DNA of 58,211 bases from a virus, in IMG/VR virus record IMGVR_UViG_3300029763_000003, one strand, 5' to 3'. Position numbers and translations under genes: made by a program. Below are positions 1-7,355 of the stretch, piece by piece. The stretch's first letter is position 1; every line of letters begins with the position of its first letter. The notes beneath the pieces are model-generated. The model had not been told where the DNA came from. It saw only the letters and a program-made list of their open reading frames with translations, and did no database searches.

Positions 1-123
1 CAGACCGCGAATGAATCCGTTCATTTGCAGTTCGATCATAATCTGCTCCCAGTCAGAGACCTTCATCTTCATTGCTTTTGCAGAGATAAGCTCATAGTCA
101 AATTCTTCATCGCCCTTGTGCTT
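1..123. repeat. Terminal direct repeat. Bases 1-123 are identical to 58089-58211 (circular-assembly overlap or terminal redundancy).
   Basis: The string cagaccgcgaatgaatccgttcatttgcag...cgcccttgtgctt was read at both ends of the window. Confidence 0.95.
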
Positions 124-168
124 ATCCAGCAGTTTGAGAATCTTGTAGATGGCATTAAAGTTGTCCAT
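1..168 (-). CDS. YjcQ-like winged-helix protein, N-terminal part. The gene crosses the circular junction; the rest is at 57939-58211.
   Basis: ATG at 168-166 is preceded by AAGGAG. The translation MDNFNAIYKILKLLDKHKGDEEFDYELISAKAMKMKVSDWEQIMIELQMNGFIRGL continues into ORF 57939..58160. It resembles the B. subtilis YjcQ family (from memory). Confidence 0.6.
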   Translation of the reverse strand, partial: MDNFNAIYKILKLLDKHKGDEEFDYELISAKAMKMKVSDWEQIMIELQMNGFIRGL

Positions 169-180
169 GAGCTACTCCTT

Positions 181-504
181 TCACTGGTTATATAAAGTAG
201 GCTTCGGTTCTTCATCCCCAAGCATCAACTTGTAACGAAGATACTTTTCAATAATACTGTGTCTTTCTGCCAATGTGCCATAAATAAAAACGAGAGCATC
301 TTTGGCAGCGTCATAATCATTTGGAAAAATGACAATTTCCTCGTTTGCAAAAGTTACGGTGCAATTTTCCGAATGACAGGCTTCCAAAAACCTCTTGATT
401 TCAAGGAATCCCCCAAAGTCAAGCATAGACCGTAGCGTGATGCTTCCGTTCTTAACAATTAGTTCTTCTCCCTGCATATTATCCAGCCTTTCTCTGTTCA
501 GCAA
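181..504 (-). CDS. Hypothetical protein, paralog B of a tandem pair (about 30% identical to 549-893).
   Basis: 107-aa ORF. It aligns with the upstream neighbour (ELIVKNGSITLRSMLDF vs NLIVQDGTTKLRSIFDF; both end PTLY..). The start is TTG at 504 or ATG at 477. Confidence 0.6.
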   Translation of the reverse strand: MLNRERLDNMQGEELIVKNGSITLRSMLDFGGFLEIKRFLEACHSENCTVTFANEEIVIFPNDYDAAKDALVFIYGTLAERHSIIEKYLRYKLMLGDEEPKPTLYNQ

Positions 505-583
505 TCCGATACCATGTCTGGCGGGTCACACCAAGCTGTTTGGCGGCATCATCCTTTGTATAATGTTGGCTCACGTTTGCCAT
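479..583 (-). pseudogene. 34-codon relic ORF encoding a resolvase-type C-terminal HTH (MANVSQHYTKDDAAKQLGVTRQTWYRIAEQRKAG).
   Basis: It is out of frame with both flanking paralogs. AKQLGVTRQTWYRIAE is similar to CKQLGIGKSTWYERVE at the C-terminus of the recombinase at 970-1626. Confidence 0.3.
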
Positions 584-893
584 CACAACCAACTTTCATA
601 ATGTAATCAAGATATTGCTTTACCATCGTGCTATCTTCGCAAATGCTGGCATACATAGCAAGCTGGATATTCTGTCCTAAGTTTGATTCAGTTGGTTTAA
701 TGGTCAATCCTTCATTTTCAAAAATCAGAATGGAGTTTGCCAATTTGCATCCTTCAACAAAAGCAAACAGTTCTTCATATTTCACAAAATCAAAAATTGA
801 ACGCAGCTTTGTTGTTCCATCTTGAACAATCAAATTACCGCCATGAATATTTTCTAGCTTTTCAGTTAAATCCATCTTTTGTTTCTTACTCAT
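549..893 (-). CDS. Hypothetical protein, paralog A of the tandem pair.
   Basis: ATG at 893 is preceded by GGAGGAG. The 114-aa protein is MSKKQKMDLTEKLENIHGGNLIVQDG... The longer ORF-track start at 1055 overlaps the recombinase and lacks an RBS. Confidence 0.65.
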   Translation of the reverse strand: MSKKQKMDLTEKLENIHGGNLIVQDGTTKLRSIFDFVKYEELFAFVEGCKLANSILIFENEGLTIKPTESNLGQNIQLAMYASICEDSTMVKQYLDYIMKVGCDGKREPTLYKG

Positions 894-909
894 ATTGATG
901 CTCCTCCAA

Positions 910-940
910 AAGAATGGTATACTGTGGTTGCACCATTCTT
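910..940 (-). terminator. Hairpin (9-bp stem AAGAATGGT/ACCATTCTT) followed by a T-run, lying between the recombinase and paralog A. Possible attenuator.
   Basis: Inverted repeat read directly. On the minus strand the stem is followed by TTTTGGAGG. Confidence 0.35.
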
Positions 941-969
941 TTTCCTGTTTTGGTTGGTTTGGTGTACTC

Positions 970-1626
970 TTAGCGGTGGCTTGTGGTTGGGCTGCCGCTA
1001 TTTTTATTTGCGTATCTTTCGACACGCTCATACCAAGTGGATTTCCCGATGCCAAGCTGCTTGCAGCACTCTTTTACGGTGATTTCGCCTTTTTGCTGTT
1101 GCCCTAATAGGCTTTCAAACTGCTGCTCGTCAACTTGCTTTTCCTGTCTGCCAAAGCTACGACCTGTTCTCGCCGACACTCTTTTGCCATCAACAATAGG
1201 CATGGCAGCTATACCCTCTGCCTGACGCTGCTTGGTTTTCTTGCGCTCCTGTTCAGCTACCGCGCCCAAAACCTCAATAAGGATGTTGTTTACCATTTCC
1301 AGCACCCATGTCTGGTCTTGGAAGTCAATAAGCGTGGTCGGAATGTCGAGAATGCGAACAATCACGCCTTTTTCTTTGAACCATTGAAGTTCTCGCTTCA
1401 TTTCGTCTTTGTCACGCCCGAATCGGTCAAATTCCTTAACGATGACTTCATCCCCAGCCTTGACAGTCTCTTTCAATCGTTTATATTGCGGACGATCAAA
1501 GCTACTTCCTGTCATTTTATCACAAAATACATTCTCGTCCGGGATGTCGAACCGATCTCGTGCGATTTTAAGCTGTCTTGCAAGGCTTTGCTCCTTACTA
1601 GACACTCTAGCTAAGAAGTACTGCAT
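970..1626 (-). CDS. Small serine recombinase (resolvase/invertase family) with a C-terminal HTH.
   Basis: The N-terminus YFLARVSSKEQSLARQ carries the catalytic Ser motif. The protein is 218 aa and has a C-terminal CKQLGIGKSTWYERV HTH. The RBS is GGAGG. Confidence 0.85.
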   Translation of the reverse strand: MQYFLARVSSKEQSLARQLKIARDRFDIPDENVFCDKMTGSSFDRPQYKRLKETVKAGDEVIVKEFDRFGRDKDEMKRELQWFKEKGVIVRILDIPTTLIDFQDQTWVLEMVNNILIEVLGAVAEQERKKTKQRQAEGIAAMPIVDGKRVSARTGRSFGRQEKQVDEQQFESLLGQQQKGEITVKECCKQLGIGKSTWYERVERYANKNSGSPTTSHR

Positions 1627-1649
1627 ATCATACCTCCGCTCAATTCGTT

Positions 1650-1871
1650 TTACTCAACATCATATCCGCCATCAACTTTAGTTCCTCTAGGAACCACCAT
1701 AATTTTATAATCAAGGATTCTCAGCATTTCGTCTAAAACTTTCACACTCATGTTTTTTTGAACAAGCCGATTGCAAAAAACATTCGATTTGATTTTTAGT
1801 TTGTAGCACATATCCGAAACCTTGACATTTTGAGATTTCATGATTTCAGAAACAATTTCTCCTGCCCTCAT
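1650..1871 (-). CDS. Small HTH (XRE-like) regulator, first gene of the recombinase operon.
   Basis: 73-aa ORF lying directly downstream of a consensus promoter. Confidence 0.55.
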   Translation of the reverse strand: MRAGEIVSEIMKSQNVKVSDMCYKLKIKSNVFCNRLVQKNMSVKVLDEMLRILDYKIMVVPRGTKVDGGYDVE

Positions 1872-1896
1872 TTTGCATCTTCCTTTCTCTGAATCA

Positions 1897-1925
1897 ATTA
1901 TAACTCAGATATATGTGACTGTCAA
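1897..1925 (-). promoter_or_regulatory. Consensus sigma-70-type promoter (TTGACA-17-TATAAT) on the minus strand.
   Basis: -35 is tgtcaa at 1920-1925 and -10 is attata at 1897-1902 (plus-strand text). The spacer holds the near-palindrome ACTCAGATATATGTGAC. Confidence 0.7.
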
Positions 1926-2129
1926 GAGTAAAAAAATAAATGTTTACTATCAATAGGATCACTTTTCCATCAACACTTTTTTGTGTTAGTTTACAGCTTG
2001 TATAATTATCGTATTATCAAGTTTTACTATAAATTTCCGTCCCAATTCTAACACATTAAAGTGTCAAAACCGCCATCAAAAATGTACACTAAAACGTGTT
2101 TTAACATACAAATTATACAAATTGGGCTG

Positions 2130-2158
2130 TTGACAACTATATACCAAGCGTCTATAAT
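2130..2158 (+). promoter_or_regulatory. Consensus sigma-70-type promoter (TTGACA-17-TATAAT) on the plus strand, divergent from the 1897-1925 promoter.
   Basis: TTGACA at 2130-2135 and TATAAT at 2153-2158. Confidence 0.7.
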
Positions 2159-2216
2159 CTAAGACAGCAGAACACACGATGAATCAGCCAACAACGGTAG
2201 ATTTATCCTTTGTGGC

Positions 2217-2268
2217 ATAAAAAATAGGCCGTCAGCTCCACCGACCAAAGTAGCACTGACGGCCTATT
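2217..2268 (-). terminator. 13-bp perfect hairpin (AATAGGCCGTCAG/CTGACGGCCTATT) followed by a T-run on the minus strand.
   Basis: Stem at 2223-2235 / 2256-2268; A-run at 2217-2222 on the plus strand. It may instead be a 5'-UTR structure of the plus-strand operon. Confidence 0.35.
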
Positions 2269-2370
2269 CCACCACAAAACAGAAGCTGCGCAACCAAGGG
2301 CGCAGTCTCGGTTTCTGTCAATTATTATAGCAGAAGCAGACAACTTCTGCAATAGAAAGGAGCAAAAAAC

Positions 2371-2529
2371 ATGAAATTTCCCACGACAACCGAAGAATTT
2401 CTGAAAACCATCGCACACGGCAAAGAGCCGACCAGCGAGGACAGGGAGTACGCAGAAGCACTGGGTAAGCTGTCCGAACTGAACTACCGGGCAGGGTACG
2501 AAGCGGGAGCGAACAAAAATAAGAGCTAA
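2371..2529 (+). CDS. Small hypothetical protein (52 aa), not in the ORF track.
   Basis: AAAGGAGC RBS 7 nt before the ATG. Translation: MKFPTTTEEFLKTIAHGKEPTSEDREYAEALGKLSELNYRAGYEAGANKNKS. Confidence 0.5.
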   Translation: MKFPTTTEEFLKTIAHGKEPTSEDREYAEALGKLSELNYRAGYEAGANKNKS

Positions 2530-2663
2530 GTTTTGTGCAAAACGTAGAAAGTGGTTTGTCAAGATGAACGAACACTAAATGTTGTGTTTCGTTGGTCTAT
2601 TTCCGCTTGACTTTACTACATTTTGCAATTACACTTATTGCACAGCAAAACGAAAGGGGGTTA

Positions 2664-2846
2664 ATGTGTATGAGTAGTCCTTACGCAGAGCGTTACGGTC
2701 ACACCGTTACCATCAGCGTGACGGAGCGGCAGTTTGCCAGCTTGCAGGAATACTGCATCAAGAACCGGGTGTCCATCTCTGCTGCTTTCCGTGAAGCGTT
2801 CTTCACGCTGCATCCGATGGATTCTACCGATGAAAACGAAAAATGA
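2664..2846 (+). CDS. Ribbon-helix-helix (Arc/CopG-like) small regulator.
   Basis: AAAGGGGG RBS. HTVTISVTERQFASLQEYCIKNRVSISAAFREAF fits a strand-helix-helix pattern. Confidence 0.5.
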   Translation: MCMSSPYAERYGHTVTISVTERQFASLQEYCIKNRVSISAAFREAFFTLHPMDSTDENEK

Positions 2847-2943
2847 TACGTTCGCTAAAGTTTGCCGACCGCAGCGAACGTATCATATCAACCCTGAGAG
2901 AAGCATCCTCTCGCCGTTATTATAGCAGAAAATTGCTTCTCTC
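2845..2943 (+). promoter_or_regulatory. Two hairpins between the RHH gene and the antirepressor gene: a 12-bp stem at 2845-2856/2873-2884 and GAGAGAAGCA/TGCTTCTCTC at 2896-2905/2934-2943.
   Basis: Inverted repeats read directly. No T-run follows either one. Confidence 0.4.
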
Positions 2944-2965
2944 ACAAGTGAAAAGGAGCTTTTTA

Positions 2966-3754
2966 ATGCAACTTTCTTTGTCTGAGAACATCAAAATCTT
3001 CAACAACGCCGAGTTTGGCGAAATCCGTGTCATGCTCATTGACGATGACCCTTGGTTTGTCGGCAAGGACATTGCGGTAGCCCTTGGCTACGCAAAGCCT
3101 GAGAACGCACTGTCAGCACACGTTGATGAACAAGATAAAACCACTACCCTGATTCAGGGTGATGGTTCTAATTACAAGAGCAAGACAACCATTATCAACG
3201 AATCCGGCCTGTACAGTCTGATTTTCAGCAGCAAGCTGGAAAGCGCACAGCGGTTCAAGCACTGGGTCACTCACGAAGTCCTGCCGTCCATCCGCAAGCA
3301 TGGGATGTACATGACCGACAACCTGTTGGAGACGGCTATTGCCAACCCGGACTTCGTGATCGGGCTGATTCAGAACATGAAGGCCGAAAAGGAAAAGAAC
3401 GCAGCGTTGCAGACGCAGAACAAGCAGCTCTGTGAGAAGAACGAGGAGATGCAGCCCAAAGCCGACTACTTCGACGACCTTGTGGCATGGAACGTGTCTA
3501 CCAACTTCCGCTCTACCGCAAAGGAGCTGCGTATCCCTGAACGCCTGTTCATCAAGATGCTTATTTCTGACGGATACATCTACCGCGACAAGAACAAGGG
3601 CATCCTGCCGAAAGCGGGCAAAGGTGACGGTCTCTTTGCCGTCAAGGAATACTGTAACCAGAAGAACAAGCACGGTGGCGTACAGACAAGAGTAACGCCG
3701 AAAGGCCGTGAGACATTCCGTCTGCTCTATGCAAGCATCCGTAGAAGCGTATAA
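2966..3754 (+). CDS. Phage antirepressor (BRO-N domain plus KilAC/ANT C-terminal domain).
   Basis: The N-terminus FNNAEFGEIRVMLIDDDPWFVGKDIAVALGY...ESGLYSLIFSSKLESAQRFKHWVTHEVLPSIRKHG is the classic Bro-N motif. The C-terminus ADYFDDL...TAKEL...LF..L fits KilAC. RBS is AAAGGAG. Confidence 0.8.
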   Translation: MQLSLSENIKIFNNAEFGEIRVMLIDDDPWFVGKDIAVALGYAKPENALSAHVDEQDKTTTLIQGDGSNYKSKTTIINESGLYSLIFSSKLESAQRFKHWVTHEVLPSIRKHGMYMTDNLLETAIANPDFVIGLIQNMKAEKEKNAALQTQNKQLCEKNEEMQPKADYFDDLVAWNVSTNFRSTAKELRIPERLFIKMLISDGYIYRDKNKGILPKAGKGDGLFAVKEYCNQKNKHGGVQTRVTPKGRETFRLLYASIRRSV

Positions 3755-3765
3755 CAGCCCATAAG

Positions 3766-3806
3766 AAAAGCCAGTGGTTAGAGAACATCTAGCCGCTGGC
3801 TTTTTA
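3766..3806. terminator. Bidirectional rho-independent terminator between convergent genes.
   Basis: Stem AGCCAGTGG / CCGCTGGCT is flanked by an A-run and a T-run. Confidence 0.7.
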
Positions 3807-3816
3807 TGTTATGCGA

Positions 3817-4455
3817 TTATTCCTCTACGAGGTCTGCGTACTTGACTTCAATGCGGGGCAGTTCATCGGTAGTGCTGGTCAATGCTCTTGTGATTTTTTC
3901 AAGCCCGGTGAACTCACCATAAACGGTGATAATATCATCTTCCAGAATCTTCACAGCATCGCCACCACGCTTGTCCAGCATATAATACTCGTCATCGGCA
4001 TAGAATCCGTATCCGCTGTTGTCCGTGTAGGTTCTCCACGCTTTCTCGCTGCCGGAGAAGTTTGCGTCAATAATCTGCGAGACCTTTACCTTGACTACAA
4101 TCTTAGTACCTTCATACTTTTCAGGATAACGGCACAGCTCCTTATAGTCCACAGTCTGGCACTCTGCCTTGTAATCGTCCTCGCTGATCTCAGGCACAAC
4201 AGATGCAACGGAAGAAGCGGTGGATGCACTTTCCTTGTTAGACGTAGCGTCCTTGTAGCCTTCTTCAAAGCCCTTCTTGCCGCTATCGCTAGAGCCACCA
4301 ATAGCAGACAAGACAATCAAAACAATGATAGCGATAAACCACCAGCGCTTGTAGATGGGCGGCTTGTTCTTGCCGCCGCACTGAGGGCAGACCTTTGCGC
4401 TTGCAGCAATCTCTGCGCCACAGTGCTTGCACGTTGTCATTTTACTTTTAGCCAT
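3817..4455 (-). CDS. Membrane-anchored zinc-ribbon protein with an extracellular domain (DUF4352-like). Moron or candidate exclusion protein.
   Basis: ATG at 4455 with RBS GGGAGGA. It has CKHCG..CPQCG, then the TM segment WWFIAIIVLIVLSAIGG. The 361-aa ORF-track version extends into a GC-rich non-coding island. Confidence 0.65.
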   Translation of the reverse strand: MAKSKMTTCKHCGAEIAASAKVCPQCGGKNKPPIYKRWWFIAIIVLIVLSAIGGSSDSGKKGFEEGYKDATSNKESASTASSVASVVPEISEDDYKAECQTVDYKELCRYPEKYEGTKIVVKVKVSQIIDANFSGSEKAWRTYTDNSGYGFYADDEYYMLDKRGGDAVKILEDDIITVYGEFTGLEKITRALTSTTDELPRIEVKYADLVEE

Positions 4456-4589
4456 TGTAGATTCCTCCCTTTCAAGGCTTGTAAGGCAAGTATAGCACAA
4501 AGCACAGACCCTTTGTAGGGGTCTTTTTGTTTTTGCGGGAAATTTTTGAGATTGACAATAGGGGGTGGGGTGATTTTTTTGAGCCTTTT

Positions 4590-4870
4590 TTATTTTTTCG
4601 GTGGTGACGGGACTGACCGGGCGGGGCTGGGCGGCGGCTATATACCCCGCCGGTGGAGACCCCAGCCCGGACAGACCGCACAGCACAGGCAGCAGGGCAG
4701 ACCGTGCCAGAACCAGGGCGGGGCAAGTACCAGGGCAGACCATGCAAGGCACGACACACGCCCAAACGCTGGACACGCTACACCGGTCTGCACCCGATAC
4801 CAGAAAGGCCGCGCCGGGTAGATCGTACCGGCGGCAGGGCGGTGGAGGGCGGGCAGTGTGTCCAGCAAAG
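4590..4870. other. GC-rich non-coding island A.
   Basis: Overlapping P/R/G/A-rich ORFs occur on both strands without RBSs. There is a nested hairpin GGGCTGGG-CGGCGG...CCGCCG...CCCAGCCC at about 4626-4669. Confidence 0.5.
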
Positions 4871-4930
4871 TGTACAATTTCGGACGCTATATTTATACTC
4901 ATTTATATCTGTATTTTTTGTGTAAAGCCC

Positions 4931-4958
4931 TTGACTACTCAGATATAAATGATATAAT
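4931..4958 (+). promoter_or_regulatory. Sigma-70-type promoter (TTGACT-16-TATAAT) for the 5020-5933 cassette.
   Basis: TTGACT at 4931-4936 and TATAAT at 4953-4958. The spacer contains ACTCAGATATA. Confidence 0.65.
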
Positions 4959-5019
4959 ATAGACAAGCTCAGAAATAAATGAGCACAACCACATTGAACC
5001 AAAACAGGAGGCCAAAACC

Positions 5020-5358
5020 ATGAAAACAAAAAGAACCATGCGAGATATTAAATCCCAGTACCCGACCATTATTCAAGTGAGCTATTGTGATGCACAGAAT
5101 ATGCTGTGCATGGACGACCCCGCCGCGTATACCGCTGGCGTGTACGGCTGGAACGCGGATATTTACCCAATCGCCTCAGGCGTTGCAATCTGCACCGGAT
5201 ACCGTCCCTTTGGAAACATCAAGCCCGACCGTGAAACGGTCAGCCGCTACGAAAAGCGGGCGCGGGAAATGCGCCGGGATTTGTGGAACGCTGAGGAGCT
5301 GGCAACGCACCTGCACAACTTGCAATTGGAATTTGTTCGGGAGGTGTGCAACGCATGA
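5020..5358 (+). CDS. Hypothetical protein (112 aa).
   Basis: RBS AGGAGG. First gene of a four-gene plus-strand cassette. Confidence 0.6.
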   Translation: MKTKRTMRDIKSQYPTIIQVSYCDAQNMLCMDDPAAYTAGVYGWNADIYPIASGVAICTGYRPFGNIKPDRETVSRYEKRAREMRRDLWNAEELATHLHNLQLEFVREVCNA

Positions 5359-5450
5359 TTACTCTTGACTTTACCCAGTGGGCTGCCCTCTGGTATGTGG
5401 GCGGCATGATCTCCGGCGCGCTTGTTGTGATTGCGTTTCTCAACAGCTAA
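5355..5450 (+). CDS. Small hydrophobic peptide (31 aa), not in the ORF track.
   Basis: ATGA overlap with the preceding stop. Translation: MITLDFTQWAALWYVGGMISGALVVIAFLNS. Confidence 0.4.
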   Translation: MITLDFTQWAALWYVGGMISGALVVIAFLNS

Positions 5451-5467
5451 TAAGGAGGGGGCAGAAA

Positions 5468-5665
5468 ATGACAATTGATATTTACAGGCCGGAACTTGTT
5501 GCAGAGTATCGCGGCAACGTTAAAGCTGCTATTAACGCCGGTGCTTATAGTATATGGAACGCGGAACGCATTACAGGCGCTTTTAATTTTGGGCACGGTA
5601 CACAGGCCGATTTTGAGCGACACAAAAAAGCAAATTCCGCCTTGCATCTTTTTATGGAGGTATAA
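5468..5665 (+). CDS. Hypothetical protein (65 aa).
   Basis: AAGGAGGGGG RBS before the ATG at 5468. Confidence 0.55.
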   Translation: MTIDIYRPELVAEYRGNVKAAINAGAYSIWNAERITGAFNFGHGTQADFERHKKANSALHLFMEV

Positions 5666-5669
5666 AAAA

Positions 5670-5933
5670 ATGACGTTGTTTGAAGAAAAGGTGAACGAAT
5701 ACCGCGAAAACAAGCGGCTTTTGGAAGAGCTTGAAGCAATGAACGAAAGCATTAAAGCTGATATTATCTGCATGATGCGGGGCGCGCCGGAAATGGCGCA
5801 AGGCACCGCAAAAGCCATTTACAAGGATGTGCAGAGCGTCCGGCTTGATAGCAAGCTTCTGAAGACGCTGCACCCGGATATTTACGCAGAGTGCAGCAAG
5901 CGCACAACATACAAGCGTTTTAGCGTGGTATAA
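5670..5933 (+). CDS. Hypothetical protein (87 aa).
   Basis: GGAGGT RBS before the ATG at 5670. Confidence 0.55.
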   Translation: MTLFEEKVNEYRENKRLLEELEAMNESIKADIICMMRGAPEMAQGTAKAIYKDVQSVRLDSKLLKTLHPDIYAECSKRTTYKRFSVV

Positions 5934-6023
5934 GGGGGTGCAAAAAGTGATATTATCTTGTATCCTGTTTTTCTTTTGGTTTTTCTCTGCGCTCTTCAAG
6001 GCCAGCAAATAAGAAGCATTTCA

Positions 6024-6089
6024 CCCGGTCAGAAATGGCCGGGCTTTTCTTTTGCCTTGCACCTGCTGAGGGTGCAGGGCTTTTATTTT
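6024..6089 (+). terminator. Tandem pair of rho-independent terminators ending the 5020-5933 cassette.
   Basis: CCCGGTC-agaaat-GGCCGGG followed by CTTTTCTTTT, then TGCACC-tgctgag-GGTGCA followed by GGGCTTTTATTTT. Confidence 0.7.
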
Positions 6090-6239
6090 GCCCTGCTGCA
6101 ATACAGCACAATACAAGCGTTTACAGCACGTTTTGTGCTATTAATGCAATTTATACCACACACGCCACAAAACAGCACGCAGGGCTTTACAGGGGCATTT
6201 CCTGAGATTTGCCCCATTCTACCGCCGCAAATACTAGAC

Positions 6240-6650
6240 CGACACAAACGGCTATAATACCGCCTGCGCCACGTTGAGACGTATCACAGCACCGTAACAC
6301 CTCCAGCGCATACCAGATACCAGACGCCGCGCCGGACGCTGTACAGGTCAGCACAGCCGCCCTATTATAATAAGGTATATAAGGGTGAGCCCCTGTTATA
6401 GATCCATGCCAGACGGTGCAGCATATCGCAGACCATGCCAGCCCGGCGGGGTCAGCTCCTACCGTGTGTGGATCGCTGGCAAGTGTTTACACGCTATCAG
6501 CAGTACAGACCCGGCACACCCGCTGAGGGGTCAGCGTCTCCACCTGTACAGGGCCAGCCCGGCACCCTCCACCCGGCGGGGCAGTCCAGCAGCGCGGGCG
6601 GCGCGGAACCCTTGACGGCTGCCGCCGTATCTCTTTTCGGGCTTTCGCCC
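6240..6650. other. GC-rich non-coding island B.
   Basis: Only overlapping RBS-less ORFs on both strands. It shares short strings with island A. Confidence 0.5.
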
Positions 6651-6671
6651 GATAGCTAATAGAGGTCAGCA

Positions 6672-6925
6672 ATAGTCGCAGGGTTCCGGCTGGAATAGTC
6701 GTAACCAATAGTCGTAGTTTCTCCCGAAAAATAGTCGCGGAATAGTCGTAAAGTCGTCAGATGACTAGCTTTTGAAAGTCCTATATATAGTATAGTAATG
6801 AGTAGTCCGCTGATAGTCGTAGAGCAATAGTCGCAGTATTTTCTTGCGAACATACGTCAAATAGTCATGTATTTTTTGTGTGAAATAGTCGTTTGCCTTT
6901 TAGGAAAAGAGAGGTGCGATAGTCG
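6672..6925 (+). repeat. Array of ATAGTCG boxes: 9 exact copies here, all in the same orientation, plus 3 more at 7234, 7484 and 7592. Candidate phage origin or initiator-binding sites.
   Basis: Exact heptamers start at 6672, 6695, 6708, 6731, 6742, 6813, 6827, 6885 and 6919. A variant ATAGTCA is at 6861. Confidence 0.75.
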
Positions 6926-6965
6926 CTAAGTCATCCGACCACTCCAAAAATCACCTCTCGTTCCA

Positions 6966-7167
6966 ATTTCGCATAATTTATTCTTCCGCTAGTTATATCT
7001 ATTTCGTATAACAACCGTACTTATTATAGTATACAGATATAGTTATCCCCGATAATCACTGATTATTTCGTATAATAACTCGTACCATCCGATTCGGTCT
7101 GTCCCTGCTCGATTTAATTCCCAGTAATTCGCTATGGTATTATATTCAATCCATAGTATTTCGCTAT
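6966..7167 (+). repeat. AT-rich segment with five A(T/A)TTCG(C/T)(A)TA boxes, including a 20-bp direct repeat ATTTCGTATAA(C/T)AAC(C/T)CGTAC at 7001 and 7065.
   Basis: Boxes read at 6966, 7001, 7065, 7127 and 7158. Confidence 0.6.
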
Positions 7168-7330
7168 GAATAGTTAATGCAACATTTCTATATATCCAAC
7201 CGACTGCAAAATGAAGTTAATTCTCCATGTGAAATAGTCGTAGACCATCCACCAGCCCGAATCTCACGCCAGTTCTCGCCTACGGTCTGCCCTGTTGGCT
7301 AACGGTGTAGCTTTCATCTTGGCGTGGGGA

Positions 7331-7355
7331 CATGAAATAGCTTGTCTATTTCATG
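7331..7355. repeat. Perfect inverted repeat CATGAAATAG-cttgt-CTATTTCATG.
   Basis: Read directly. Confidence 0.8.

Noticed and set aside
1-123. The 123-bp terminal repeat as a genuine physical direct terminal repeat of the virion DNA.
   Set aside because: I cannot distinguish this from a circular-assembly overlap using sequence alone. The repeat falls inside a coding sequence (the YjcQ-like gene), which favours an assembly artefact from a circular or circularly permuted molecule.
181-1626. Gin/Cin-type invertible segment controlled by the serine recombinase.
   Set aside because: The adjacent paralogs are co-oriented with the recombinase. I saw no flanking inverted crossover sites or oppositely oriented alternative gene ends. 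A resolvase role for plasmid multimers seems more likely.
4506-4535. Hairpin AGACCC-N7-GGGTCT followed by a T-run on the plus strand, upstream of the minus-strand gene 3817-4455.
   Set aside because: It looks like an intrinsic terminator, but no plus-strand transcription unit ends here. It may only insulate against antisense transcription, so I did not list it as a feature.
3817-4902. 361-aa version of the zinc-ribbon membrane protein ORF.
   Set aside because: The N-terminal 149 codons run through GC-rich island A and have no RBS. A strong GGGAGGA plus ATG at 4455 gives a coherent 212-aa protein.
4546-4948. ORFs in the GC-rich islands (4546-4821, 4601-4948, 4653-4925, 4638-4877, 6385-6615, 6435-6659, 6487-6708).
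   Set aside because: They mutually overlap on both strands, give P/R/G/A-rich translations and have no RBS. I treat them as non-coding.
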